A stretch of 64,000 bases of DNA from Acidimicrobiales bacterium (GTDB lineage: Bacteria; Actinomycetota; Acidimicrobiia; Acidimicrobiales; SZUA-35), in contig JBKECK010000115.1 in assembly GCA_047974625.1 (NCBI GenBank), positions 1,854-65,853 on the forward strand. The letters run 5' to 3'. The stretch's first letter is position 1. The number at the start of each line of letters is the position of its first letter. Shown here in pieces: positions 7,246-16,110 of the stretch. The position numbers and the translations under genes were made by a program. The notes under the pieces were generated by a model. That model was given only the letters and a program-made list of their open reading frames with translations. It made no database searches and was not told the origin of the DNA.

Positions 7246-8196
7246 CTATCTTCGGGCCAGAAAGCCGGCGACCCGGTCGATGTATGCGGTCCGGTCGGCG
7301 AAGTAGCCGCCACAATGATCCGCCCCCGGGTACAGCACCAGTTCGTTGGGCTCACCGGCGTCACCCGGTCATCTTGGCCGTGCAGCAGGAGCAGCGGCCG
7401 GGGGGGCAATCTGCCCGATGACGGCAACCGGCTCGACATCCCGGAAGCGGTACCCGTAGCGGATCCGCGTGGTCAGGTCGGTCAGCCCCAGGAGCGGGAA
7501 CGGTGGCAGCCGCAGCCGACCCATGGCGTGTCGGATGACACCGGCCATGTCGGCGAACGGCGAGTCCAGCACGAGGGCCCGCACCCGTTGGTCCTCGGCG
7601 GCAACCATGATGCTGACCGCAGCCCCCATGGAGAAGCCGAGCAGGACGATCTCGGCATCAGGCCGCCGTCGGCCGACACCGTCGATGACGGCCCGGAGAT
7701 CCTCACGCTCATGGTGCGCCAACGATTGGAGCCCGTCGGCCGAGTCGCCGTTGCCCCGGCAGTCGAACAGGACGACGGTGTGGCCGGCCCGCCACAGTCC
7801 CGGCCCGATCCCGAGCAGATCCGATCTGGTCCCCCGATGCCCGTGACACCCGATCACCACGGTGGAACTCCCGGGCCGGTCGAGCCACCAGCCGGCCAGC
7901 TCGGGGCCGTCCCCGGCCCGGAACGCCACGTCCTCGTAGGGAACCCCCACCTCGAACGGGGTGAACCGGTAGTCGGGCCATGGGCGGCGGGGCCCGCTGA
8001 TCCGGTGGGCGGCGTAAGCGGCCGCGCCCGTCACCCCGGCCATGGCGCCCGAGGTGACGGCGGCCGCGGTCGCCACGGTGACGGAACGTCTGCTGCGCAC
8101 GGCTCCCGACCCTACGGCCGTCCGGGCCCGGCCCGGAGACCAGGTCCGAAAAGCGCCGGACGGGCCCCGGCCCGGCGTGGGATGATGGTCGACCAT
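7246..8196 (-). pseudogene. Alpha/beta hydrolase with N-terminal membrane anchor, interrupted by two frameshifts
   Basis: The nucleophile elbow GFSMGA is present. The reading frame breaks at the G7 run (7400-7406) and again near 7345-7360. The three frames read ...VAVIGQIAPP / PLLLLHGQDDRVT / EPNELVLYPGADHCGGYFADRTAYIDRVAGFLARR-stop. Confidence 0.7.
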
Positions 8197-10255
8197 GACC
8201 GACCTCGCCAGCCGATCCACCACCATCGTCGGGACCTGCCACCACGACTGCCCCGACTCGTGCGGTTGGGTGGTCACCGTCGACGGCGACGGGACCGCGG
8301 TCAAGCTCCGCGGCGACAAGACCCACCCGTTCAGCCGGGGCGAGCTGTGTCCCAAGGTCAACCACTTCCTCGACCGGGTCTACCACCCGGACCGGATCCT
8401 GACCCCGCTGCGCCGGGTGGGAGCCAAGGGGGAGGGCCGGTTCGAGCCGGTGTCGTGGGACGACGCCCTGGCCGCCTACGCGGCCCATATCACCGGATCG
8501 ATCGAGCGCCACGGGGGCGAGACCCTCGTCGGCTACCAGAGTGCCGGCAACCAGAGCACCCTGGCCCTCGGTTTCCCCCAGCGGTTGTGGCACGCCCTGG
8601 GTGCCACCCGGATCACCGGTGCCCTGTGCGGGGCGGTGGCCGGGGCCGGCAGTGCCGTCACCCTCGGTTCGGGCCGGTCACTCGACCCGATGGAGCTGGT
8701 CCACGCCCGATTGATCATCCTGTGGGGGACCAACACCCGCCTCACCAACCGGCACCTGTGGCCGTTCATCACCAGGGCCCGCGACGCCGGGGCCCGGGTC
8801 GTGGTCATCGACCCGGTCCGGACCCTCACCGCCGAGTCGGCCGACTGGTTCATCCAGCCCCGGCCGGGCACCGACGTGGCCCTCATGCTGGCCATGATGC
8901 ACGTGCTGATCCGGGACGATCTCGTCGACCACGACTGGTTGGCCGCCCACGCCGACGGGTTCGACGATCTGGCCGTCGCGGTGGCCGACTGGACCCCGGC
9001 CCGGGCGGCGGAGGCCACCGGCGTGGCCGCGGCCGAGATCGAGGAGCTGGCCCGGCGGTACGGGACGATCCGGCCCGCCGCCATCCGGACCCTGATCGGC
9101 GCCGAGCACGGGGAGCACGGGGCCATGTTCTTCCGCACGCTGACCTGCCTGCCGGCCCTGGTCGGGGCGTGGCGGGACCGCGGCGGCGGGTTCTCCCGCA
9201 GCGTCGGGGTCTGGGCCGAGGAGGTGTCGGACCGGGCCGCCCTGACCCGGCCGGACCTGTTGGCCGGGCGGTCGACCCGATCGTTCCCCATGCCCCATCT
9301 CGGTCGGGTGCTCGTCGACCCGGACTACGACCCGCCGGTCACCGTCCTGTCGATCTCGGGCGGCAACCCGCTGGTGGCGTCGCCCAACAGCGAACTGTTA
9401 CGCCGGGGCCTGCTGCGGGACGACCTGTTCACCGTGGTCCACGAACAGTTCCTGACCGACACGGCCCGCTACGCCGATCTGGTCCTGCCCGCCACCACCC
9501 AGATCGAATCGGTCGACATGACCGAATCGTGGGGCCACCTGTACCTGGGGTGGAACGGGGCGGCCATCGAGCCGGTGGGCGAGTCGGTGTCGAACAGTGA
9601 GCTGGCCCGCCGTCTGGCCGGCGCCCTGGGGTTGACCGAACCGGCCCTGTTCGACGACGACCTCACCGTGCTGGCCGCCACCTACCCCGACGTCGACCTC
9701 GACGTTCTGCGGACCGAGGGCCGGATCCGGGTGCCGTACCCGGCCGACGGTCGGCCCTACGGCGACGGCCGGTTCGCCACCGCCACCGGCCGGGTCCAGC
9801 TCCGGGTGGACGGGCTGGACTCCCTGGGTGTCCCGGCACTACCGACCTATGTCCCCCCACCCGCCCCGGACGGCGACGGGTGGTTCACGCTGCTCACGCC
9901 GAAGACCCACACCCGGTTCCTGAACACGAGCTACTCCCATCTCCCCAAACACGGGGGGCAGGAGACCGGCCCCTACGTCGAACTGACCGAAGACGACGCC
10001 GCCTCGGTCGGGCTCGGTCCCGACGATCTCGCCGTGGTGGCCAACAACCGGGCCGAACTGGTGCTCCCGGTGCGGATCTCCGACCGGGTGACGACCGGCA
10101 CCGCCGCCGTCGTTTGGGGGTGGTGGGGCGAACACCACGGCGGCCCCGACGGAGCGGTAGCCAACAGCCTGACCAGCGACACCCTCACCGACTGGGGGGC
10201 AGGCGTCGCCTACAACGACACCCTGGTCCGGATCAGCCGGACCGACCAGGGTTGA
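8195..10255 (+). CDS. Molybdopterin-dependent oxidoreductase (DMSO reductase superfamily, BisC-like)
   Basis: An N-terminal 4Fe-4S cysteine cluster is present (CHHDCPDSCGW...ELCPK). The 686-aa length and overall sequence pattern fit molybdopterin oxidoreductase and MopB domains. Confidence 0.85.
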   Translation: MTDLASRSTTIVGTCHHDCPDSCGWVVTVDGDGTAVKLRGDKTHPFSRGELCPKVNHFLDRVYHPDRILTPLRRVGAKGEGRFEPVSWDDALAAYAAHITGSIERHGGETLVGYQSAGNQSTLALGFPQRLWHALGATRITGALCGAVAGAGSAVTLGSGRSLDPMELVHARLIILWGTNTRLTNRHLWPFITRARDAGARVVVIDPVRTLTAESADWFIQPRPGTDVALMLAMMHVLIRDDLVDHDWLAAHADGFDDLAVAVADWTPARAAEATGVAAAEIEELARRYGTIRPAAIRTLIGAEHGEHGAMFFRTLTCLPALVGAWRDRGGGFSRSVGVWAEEVSDRAALTRPDLLAGRSTRSFPMPHLGRVLVDPDYDPPVTVLSISGGNPLVASPNSELLRRGLLRDDLFTVVHEQFLTDTARYADLVLPATTQIESVDMTESWGHLYLGWNGAAIEPVGESVSNSELARRLAGALGLTEPALFDDDLTVLAATYPDVDLDVLRTEGRIRVPYPADGRPYGDGRFATATGRVQLRVDGLDSLGVPALPTYVPPPAPDGDGWFTLLTPKTHTRFLNTSYSHLPKHGGQETGPYVELTEDDAASVGLGPDDLAVVANNRAELVLPVRISDRVTTGTAAVVWGWWGEHHGGPDGAVANSLTSDTLTDWGAGVAYNDTLVRISRTDQG

Positions 10256-10295
10256 GGCGCCGGGGGCGACGGGGGCGGCCCCGGAGGGCCCGCGC

Positions 10296-11412
10296 TCAGC
10301 CCCCGACGCAGGTGTAGCTGGCGGCCAGGGTGGCGTCCCCGGTGCCGTCGTAGCGGGGCCACACCGGATATTCGCACAGGGGCATGGACCGCCCCGCGGT
10401 GGCCGGGTTGCCGTCGTACGCCACGGGGTCCCGGGGCGCCCGCCCCCTGGTCACCCAGCCGTCGAGGTCGCTCAACGAGTCGTCGACAGGTTGAACGCCC
10501 CGTTGCCGTGCCCGTAGCCGGGCTGGACGTAGTACCGGACGGTGTTGTTGATCCGGCCCCGGTACCGGTCGACCAGGTCCCAGTGGGCGGCGAAGTCGAA
10601 CCCGAGCACCTGGGCGTCGGTGGCGGCCGGGTCCCGCAGGTACCAGTACCGGATGACCCCGTTGTTGAAGTAGTCGGAGATCCGGAACGCCGGGTTCATC
10701 CACACCGACAGGTCCCCGCCGTGCAGAACCGGGAACGGACCCGTCGTCGTGTCCCCGGCCGGGTCGGATACGGCAGATCGGCCACGGCGGCCCCGGCGTC
10801 GATGGTGGCGATCTGGGTCGACGACAGGCAGTCGTCTCCGGTGTCGACGCCACCGGGGCAAACCAGGGCGCCGACGTCGAAGGTGGCGTCGCACCCGGCG
10901 CGGTCGGCGATGACCCCGTCGACCACCCCGTCCAGCCCGTCGCAGGCCTCGGCCGCCGCCTGGGTCACGAGGGCCTGTTCGGCGGCGTTCAGCTCCCCGC
11001 CGGGCACGTCGTAGGCCAGGCGGAGCAGGTTGTCCCACCCGTAGATCAGGAACGGATTCTGATTGGCCGGGTAGTAGGCGATGATCCCGTCGTAGTCGTC
11101 GCCGTAGCGCTGGGCGGCCGCCACCGCCTCGTGGCCGCCCTTCGACCCACCGGCGTAGTACTGGTAACGGGGGGCGTCGCCGTAGTAGGTGCGGATCAGG
11201 TACTGGCCGGCGTCCCGGGTGGGCAGACCGATCTCGGCCGGGTCGATCCCGGTGCCGGCCAGGGCGGCGCACGCCGCGGCGGCGTCGGCCACCTCGACCG
11301 GTGGCCGCTCCCCCGAGCCCCGATTCCCGGGTTCGGCCGCGACCCCAACCGAACCCAGCAGGGTGGTGGCGACGACCACCGCGGCCGCGACCAACAGCCT
11401 CAACGTGCGCAT
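10296..11412 (-). pseudogene. Tannase/feruloyl-esterase family hydrolase, decayed (two frameshifts and an apparent internal deletion)
   Basis: A signal peptide MRTLRLLVAAAVVVATTLLG is present. The YYAGGSKGGHEA serine motif and the C-terminal ...MPLCEYPVWPRYDGTGDATLAASYTC are spread over three frames (track ORFs 10696.., 10472.., 10296..). The total of about 370 codons falls short of roughly 500+ aa for the family as I recall it. Confidence 0.6.
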
Positions 11413-11542
11413 GGTTCCCCCTGATCCCACCGATGGGGACCCACGGGCGGGTGGCGGGTTGCCGGTCGCCCTCCCCTCATCGGATGACACCCCGGACGTT
11501 AGGGGTTGGCCCACCGCCGGCAAGCCGTTCGGCCACCAGCCA

Positions 11543-11577
11543 CGGCGACCGGCAACCGGCAACCGGCAACCGGCAGC
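11543..11577. repeat. Heptanucleotide tandem repeat (CGGCAAC) x5
   Basis: The sequence reads cggcgac cggcaac cggcaac cggcaac cggcagc. Three copies are perfect and the two flanking copies each carry one mismatch. The repeat is intergenic. Confidence 0.9.
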
Positions 11578-11588
11578 CCACCGGACCC

Positions 11589-12506
11589 TCAAACCAGCGG
11601 CGACCGGCTCACCCGGTGGAGGAACCCGTGGAGCGGTGCCGCGATCTGGTCGGCGTGGCGGAGCCAGGGCGCGTGACCCCCGTCGACGATGTGGAGTTCG
11701 GCGTCGGACATGACCTCCGCCATGCGTCGCCCCACGTCGGGGCCGCCCACGGGGTCGTCCCGGGCCAACAAGAGCAGGGTGGGAACGTCGATCCGGCCCA
11801 ACTGCTCGGCGGTCAGCGCCATCCGGGGCCGGTTGCCACCAACGCGCAGCAGCCGGTGGATCATGGCCAGAAAGGCGTCCTCGAAGTGATCGAGGCGCTC
11901 GGTGGCCAGGATCAGGCGGGCGATCTCCGGCGGCAGTGGATGCTCGTGCACCATCTTCGACAGCTGTTCGACCTGGCCGGCCGACGGCGGCTGGACCTTC
12001 ATCAGCAACCGCCGGAGACCCCGAACCGACAGCATCCGCATCGGCAACGGGGCCGAGGTGTCGAACACGATGGCCGGGCAACCGACATGGGCCAGCGCCG
12101 TCGCCCGGTCGGGATGGTCGATGGCCAACCAACTGGCCCACAACGAGCCCAGGGAGTTGGCCACGATGACGGGCCGTTCGCGCCCGAGCCCGTCGAACAC
12201 CTCGACGAGAAACCGCACGGCGTTGGGCCGGAGGTCATCCACGAACCCGGTGCCGGCGTCGGTCAACCCGTACCCTGGCAGGTCGATGGCGTACTGGGTG
12301 AACCCGTGAAGTCCCGACATGATCGGCGCCAACATGGCCGCCGGAACCCCGATGCCGTTCAGCAGCACCACGGGCGGGCCGTCACCGGCCGCGAGCACGT
12401 TGGCCCGGCCACCGACGACGGGGGCGTCGACCCACCGCGACACGGCGGGGACGCCGTAGCGGTCGAGCGCCGCCGCCTGAGCCTGGAAAAAGTTGTCGTC
12501 CCGCAT
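11589..12506 (-). CDS. Alpha/beta hydrolase fold protein
   Basis: The nucleophile motif VIVANSLGS and the C-terminal ...DGGHAPW histidine motif are present. The start is placed at the ATG at 12506 (MRDDNFF). Confidence 0.8.
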   Translation of the reverse strand: MRDDNFFQAQAAALDRYGVPAVSRWVDAPVVGGRANVLAAGDGPPVVLLNGIGVPAAMLAPIMSGLHGFTQYAIDLPGYGLTDAGTGFVDDLRPNAVRFLVEVFDGLGRERPVIVANSLGSLWASWLAIDHPDRATALAHVGCPAIVFDTSAPLPMRMLSVRGLRRLLMKVQPPSAGQVEQLSKMVHEHPLPPEIARLILATERLDHFEDAFLAMIHRLLRVGGNRPRMALTAEQLGRIDVPTLLLLARDDPVGGPDVGRRMAEVMSDAELHIVDGGHAPWLRHADQIAAPLHGFLHRVSRSPLV

Positions 12507-12558
12507 CGTCGACCCCCCCCCGGGATCCGCTCCGCCCATGGTGACCGTGGTTTACGTC

Positions 12559-13155
12559 ATGCCAACCACTAGTTCGTACGGCGATCCCGTCACCCGGTCC
12601 CGGATTCTCGACGCGGCCTGGGAACTGATCACCGAGGACGGTGTCGCCCTCCGGCTGGTCGACGTCGCCACCCGGGCCACGGTGTCGCGCCAGGCGGTTT
12701 ACAAGCACTTCGGTGACCGATCGGGCCTGCTCGTGGCCCTGGTCCAGCACATGGACGAGACCCTCGACCTGGGCGCATCCCTGGCCGCCATCCACGCCGC
12801 CCCCGACGGCGCCGCCCTGCTGGCGGGGACGGCACGGCTCAACACCGTCTTCTGGGCCCAGGTGCTCCCCGTGGCCCGGGTGCTCCAGGCGGCCCAGGAC
12901 CAGGACGAAGCGCTCGCCGCCGCCTGGCGCGACCGGATGCGGTTCCGTTACGCCACGTTCCGGGAGATGATCGAGAACCTGGCCGGCCGGGGTGAGCTCG
13001 ATCCCCACTGGACCGTCGACGACGCCACCGCCACCCTGTACGCCATGACCCACTTCGACACCTGGCGGGAACTGGTGGTCGAACTCGGGTGGAGCGACGA
13101 TCATTACGTCGAGGTCATGAGCAGGACCCTGCGACGAGCCTTGTTGAAGGCGTGA
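12559..13155 (+). CDS. TetR/AcrR family transcriptional regulator
   Basis: An N-terminal HTH is present (TRSRILDAAWELITEDGVALRLVDVATRATVSRQAVYKHFGDRSGLL). The gene is divergent from the hydrolase. The start is uncertain (12493, 12538 or 12559). Confidence 0.8.
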   Translation: MPTTSSYGDPVTRSRILDAAWELITEDGVALRLVDVATRATVSRQAVYKHFGDRSGLLVALVQHMDETLDLGASLAAIHAAPDGAALLAGTARLNTVFWAQVLPVARVLQAAQDQDEALAAAWRDRMRFRYATFREMIENLAGRGELDPHWTVDDATATLYAMTHFDTWRELVVELGWSDDHYVEVMSRTLRRALLKA

Positions 13156-13165
13156 AGGGGAGCCG

Positions 13166-13606
13166 ATGCGCGAAGCCCGGGAACTCATCCGCAGCTACGT
13201 CGCCGCCGGCGACGCCGGCGACTACGACGCCCTCCGACGGGTGCTGCACCCCGATGTCGTCACCCACTCCCCGGGCGGGATCACCAGCCGGGGCGTCGAC
13301 GACCAGATCGCCGCCTGGCGAGCGGCCCATGACGGTCTCGACGAGCTGACCCACGAGATCGTGGCCATCGTCGGTGACGGCGAGGCCGCGGCGGCCCGGG
13401 TCCGGGCGGGCGGCGTCCACCGGGGCCGATTCCTGGGGATCGATCCGACCGGCAACGAGATTCGGGTCGATCAGGCCCTGTTCGTCCGCTCTGACGGGTC
13501 GCGGATCGTCGAGGTGTGGGAGGTGGTCGACACCGGGGCCGGGTTCCGTCAACTGGGGGTACTGGCCGACTACCCGTCCACCCCCGGTACCGATGACGGG
13601 CCGTAG
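13166..13606 (+). CDS. Ester cyclase / SnoaL-like (NTF2 fold) protein
   Basis: The family pattern is present: ...AWRAAHDGLDELTHEIVAIVGDGEAAAARVRAGGVHRGRFLGIDPTGNEIRVDQALFVRSDGSRIVEVWEVVD. Confidence 0.65.
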   Translation: MREARELIRSYVAAGDAGDYDALRRVLHPDVVTHSPGGITSRGVDDQIAAWRAAHDGLDELTHEIVAIVGDGEAAAARVRAGGVHRGRFLGIDPTGNEIRVDQALFVRSDGSRIVEVWEVVDTGAGFRQLGVLADYPSTPGTDDGP

Positions 13607-13683
13607 GATCCGGCCGGAGGCCGACGCCCCCTGACCCCGCCCGACGGCGCGGCCAACGATGCACCGACACCGAGGCCCCGTTT

Positions 13684-13938
13684 TCAACAGCCGAGCGCGT
13701 AGCTCAAGGCAACGCACACCCGCCTGAGTGCGGCCTCGCCAACCGAGCCAACCTGACGGGTGAGCATCCACTGATCGATCACATGGAGTCCGCCGCAGTT
13801 GATCAACGCGGCGCGCACCGCCACCGCCACCGCCTCGCTGGCCGCAGCCGAGATATTCACGCCCAGCCGACTGCAGCACGCGACGGCGGCCCAAGGGATC
13901 GGTCCGGGTTCGACGTTGCGGTCGAACCCTCGCAGCAT
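13684..13938 (-). CDS. Hypothetical protein (84 aa)
   Basis: This is the only protein-like frame in this gap. I recognise no family, and it could be a gene remnant. Confidence 0.3.
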   Translation of the reverse strand: MLRGFDRNVEPGPIPWAAVACCSRLGVNISAAASEAVAVAVRAALINCGGLHVIDQWMLTRQVGSVGEAALRRVCVALSYALGC

Positions 13939-14025
13939 TCGACCGGGCGGAGGCGCCGCGGCGGCTCCGGCTCGTCCTGCGGCGCATCACGTGATCGGCG
14001 TTCCCGCCCGTTAGGTTCCGAAACC

Positions 14026-14436
14026 GTGTACATCGATCCCGATCATGAGAACGTGGTGCGTCTTCTCGAGCGGGGACTCACCGGCCCGGTCACGATGCTG
14101 AACCTGCTCCGGTTCCGGACCGTGGCCGACTACGGCGCCTTTCCCGACCTGGCCCCGGCCGCCCCGATCTCGGGTCGCGACGCCTACGACCGCTACATCG
14201 AGCACACCCTCCCGTTCCTGGAGGCGTCGGGCGGGTCGGTGATGTTCCTCGGGGAGGGCGGCCACATGTTCATCGGCCCGCCCGACGAGCGGTGGGATCT
14301 CGTGATGTTGATCCGCCAGGCGTCGATCGACGACTTCTTCGCCTTCGCCGACGACGCGGCCTACGTCGCCGGCCTCGGGCACCGCACCGCCGCCCTGGCC
14401 GATAGCCGCATCCTCCCTCTGGAGGATCGTTCATGA
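14026..14436 (+). CDS. DUF1330 domain protein
   Basis: From the GTG at 14026 the sequence reads VYIDPDHENVVRLLERGLTGPVTMLNLLRFR...DLVMLIRQASIDDFFAFADDAAYVAGLGHRTAALADSRILPL, which is typical of DUF1330. The upstream part of track ORF 13783.. looks non-coding. Confidence 0.65.
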   Translation: MYIDPDHENVVRLLERGLTGPVTMLNLLRFRTVADYGAFPDLAPAAPISGRDAYDRYIEHTLPFLEASGGSVMFLGEGGHMFIGPPDERWDLVMLIRQASIDDFFAFADDAAYVAGLGHRTAALADSRILPLEDRS

Positions 14437-14453
14437 CGATCGGACGCGCGCAG

Positions 14454-14568
14454 CGAAGGCGAACGGCGTGGTCCTCATAGGAGCGCTTTCACACCCTCAC
14501 GGCGTCTCAGCCAGCGACGTTTCGGCGAAGCCGAAACTCGGTTAGTGAGCCGAAGGCGAACGGCGTGG
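14454..14568. repeat. 18-bp perfect direct repeat cgaaggcgaacggcgtgg (14454-14471 and 14551-14568) abutting the tRNA-Val 3' end
   Basis: Exact match read from the sequence. The second copy overlaps the last 3 nt of the tRNA. A 7-bp hairpin tttcggc-gaa-gccgaaa (14520-14536) lies between the copies. Confidence 0.85.
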
Positions 14569-14639
14569 GCGCTGAGGGGCTCGAACCCCCGACCCCCTCC
14601 TTGTAAGGGAGGTGCTCTAGCCAGCTGAGCTAAGCGCCC
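14566..14639 (-). tRNA. tRNA-Val (anticodon TAC)
   Basis: The reverse complement GGGCGCTTAGCTCAGCTGGCTAGAGCACCTCCCTTACAAGGAGGGGGTCGGGGGTTCGAGCCCCTCAGCGCCCA folds as a 74-nt cloverleaf. The anticodon loop is CTTACAA. Confidence 0.93.
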
Positions 14640-14711
14640 GGAGGACCGCAGTGTACCGAGCCCGGAAGGTTCGGGGTCCGGGAAAGGCCGGCCGGTCCGG
14701 GCCGGCGTGGA

Positions 14712-15452
14712 TCACCACTCGGCCTGCATGGCCATGACCTCGGCGAGCAGCTCGGGCGTGGCGGCGGCCACCGGGCCGCGGCGCTGGGCCGGGTCGAGGA
14801 CCACCAGATCCCGTCCGAGGGCGTCCACGATCGGCACCCCCGCTTCCTGGCACACGAGCATGGCGCCGAGAGAGTCCCAGACGCCGTGTGCCCGGCTGAC
14901 GTCGACATAGCCGTCGAACACGCCGGTGGTGATGGAGCAGAGGTCGAGGGCCGCAGCACCGTAACACCGGAACTGCTTCCAACCCCCGTAGCTCGGGGGT
15001 AGGCCGTTGCAGGCGATGATGGACTCCGACAGGTGACGCCGGCGGTCGGTCACCGCCAGCTCGGCGTGGGTCGCCTCCACCCCGCTCCCGCGCACCGCCC
15101 GCCACCGGTCACCGGTGGCCAGGTTGACCACATCGGCCACCAGGGGACCGTCGGCGTCGACGGCGCACAAGCTGGTGGCGTACCACGGCAGACCGCGTGA
15201 CGCGTTGGTCGAGCCGTCCACGGGATCCACCACCACCGTGATCTCACCGTCGCCGGTGAGCCCGGTCTCCTCGCTCAACACCCGGAGTCCGGCGTCGTGG
15301 AGGCCGCCGACCACGACCTCATCGGCCACCACATCGTGCACGTATTGTCCGGGTTTCTCACCGGAAGGACCCCAGTCGTCGAGCTCCGACAGCGCGTCGA
15401 CCACCTCGCTCACCAAATCGTCGAAGAGGTCGAGAATCTCGGCTGGGTCCAC
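14712..15452 (-). CDS. Inositol monophosphatase family protein
   Basis: The motifs VVVDPVDGSTNA and GVWDSLGA are present. The start is placed at the in-frame GTG at 15452 (VDPAEILDLF...), because the N-terminal 77 aa of the track ORF overlaps the divergent gene. Confidence 0.8.
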   Translation of the reverse strand: MDPAEILDLFDDLVSEVVDALSELDDWGPSGEKPGQYVHDVVADEVVVGGLHDAGLRVLSEETGLTGDGEITVVVDPVDGSTNASRGLPWYATSLCAVDADGPLVADVVNLATGDRWRAVRGSGVEATHAELAVTDRRRHLSESIIACNGLPPSYGGWKQFRCYGAAALDLCSITTGVFDGYVDVSRAHGVWDSLGAMLVCQEAGVPIVDALGRDLVVLDPAQRRGPVAAATPELLAEVMAMQAEW

Positions 15453-15515
15453 GGCCTGACACGATACCGGCGACCAACCCGCCCGATCGGCCGCGATTGG
15501 TGGCAGGCTAGAGGC

Positions 15516-16073
15516 GTGGCGATCATCGACGTCCCCGGATACGTGGCCGATCTCAAAGACCACCCCACCGATCACAAGTTCCACGTGCACGACGAGCGGC
15601 ATTTCATCGAGACCTACTCCATGCGTCAGGCATGGGAGGTTGATCTGCACCCCGAACGGGCCTGCGGCGGACCGGTCGATCTGCACCTGGCCATCGAGCT
15701 CGATCCCCGCGTCCTGCTGGCGTTCGAGGACCAGATGCTCGAATTGCCGGACTACGCGGAACCTCCCACCGGGTTCACGGTGCCCTTACTGTTCACCTGG
15801 GGCCTACCCCCATTGCACGATGCCCCCGATCTGCTGGTGCTCGCCACCGACCTGGCGGGGGTGGGTGGCGCCGAGCTGCCGCTCAAGGTGTCGGCCATCG
15901 ACTCCACGGTGGAGGTGACCGATGCTCCCGAGCGGACGCTGGCCATCACCGCCCGTATCGAGCTCGGCCTCGACGACCTGTTCATGCACCGCGAGAACCT
16001 GTGCGACGTGTTCGATCGTTGCTATGACGTGAGCGAGTTCCTGCTCGACCACTCCCCCGCCTGGCTGGGTTGA
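15516..16073 (+). CDS. Hypothetical protein (about 185 aa)
   Basis: This is the coding-looking part of track ORF 15297..16073, starting at the GTG at 15516. No family recognised. Confidence 0.45.
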   Translation: MAIIDVPGYVADLKDHPTDHKFHVHDERHFIETYSMRQAWEVDLHPERACGGPVDLHLAIELDPRVLLAFEDQMLELPDYAEPPTGFTVPLLFTWGLPPLHDAPDLLVLATDLAGVGGAELPLKVSAIDSTVEVTDAPERTLAITARIELGLDDLFMHRENLCDVFDRCYDVSEFLLDHSPAWLG

Positions 16074-16110
16074 GCGGCCGAACCGTTCGACCGCCCAACC
16101 CGGCGGTTGA

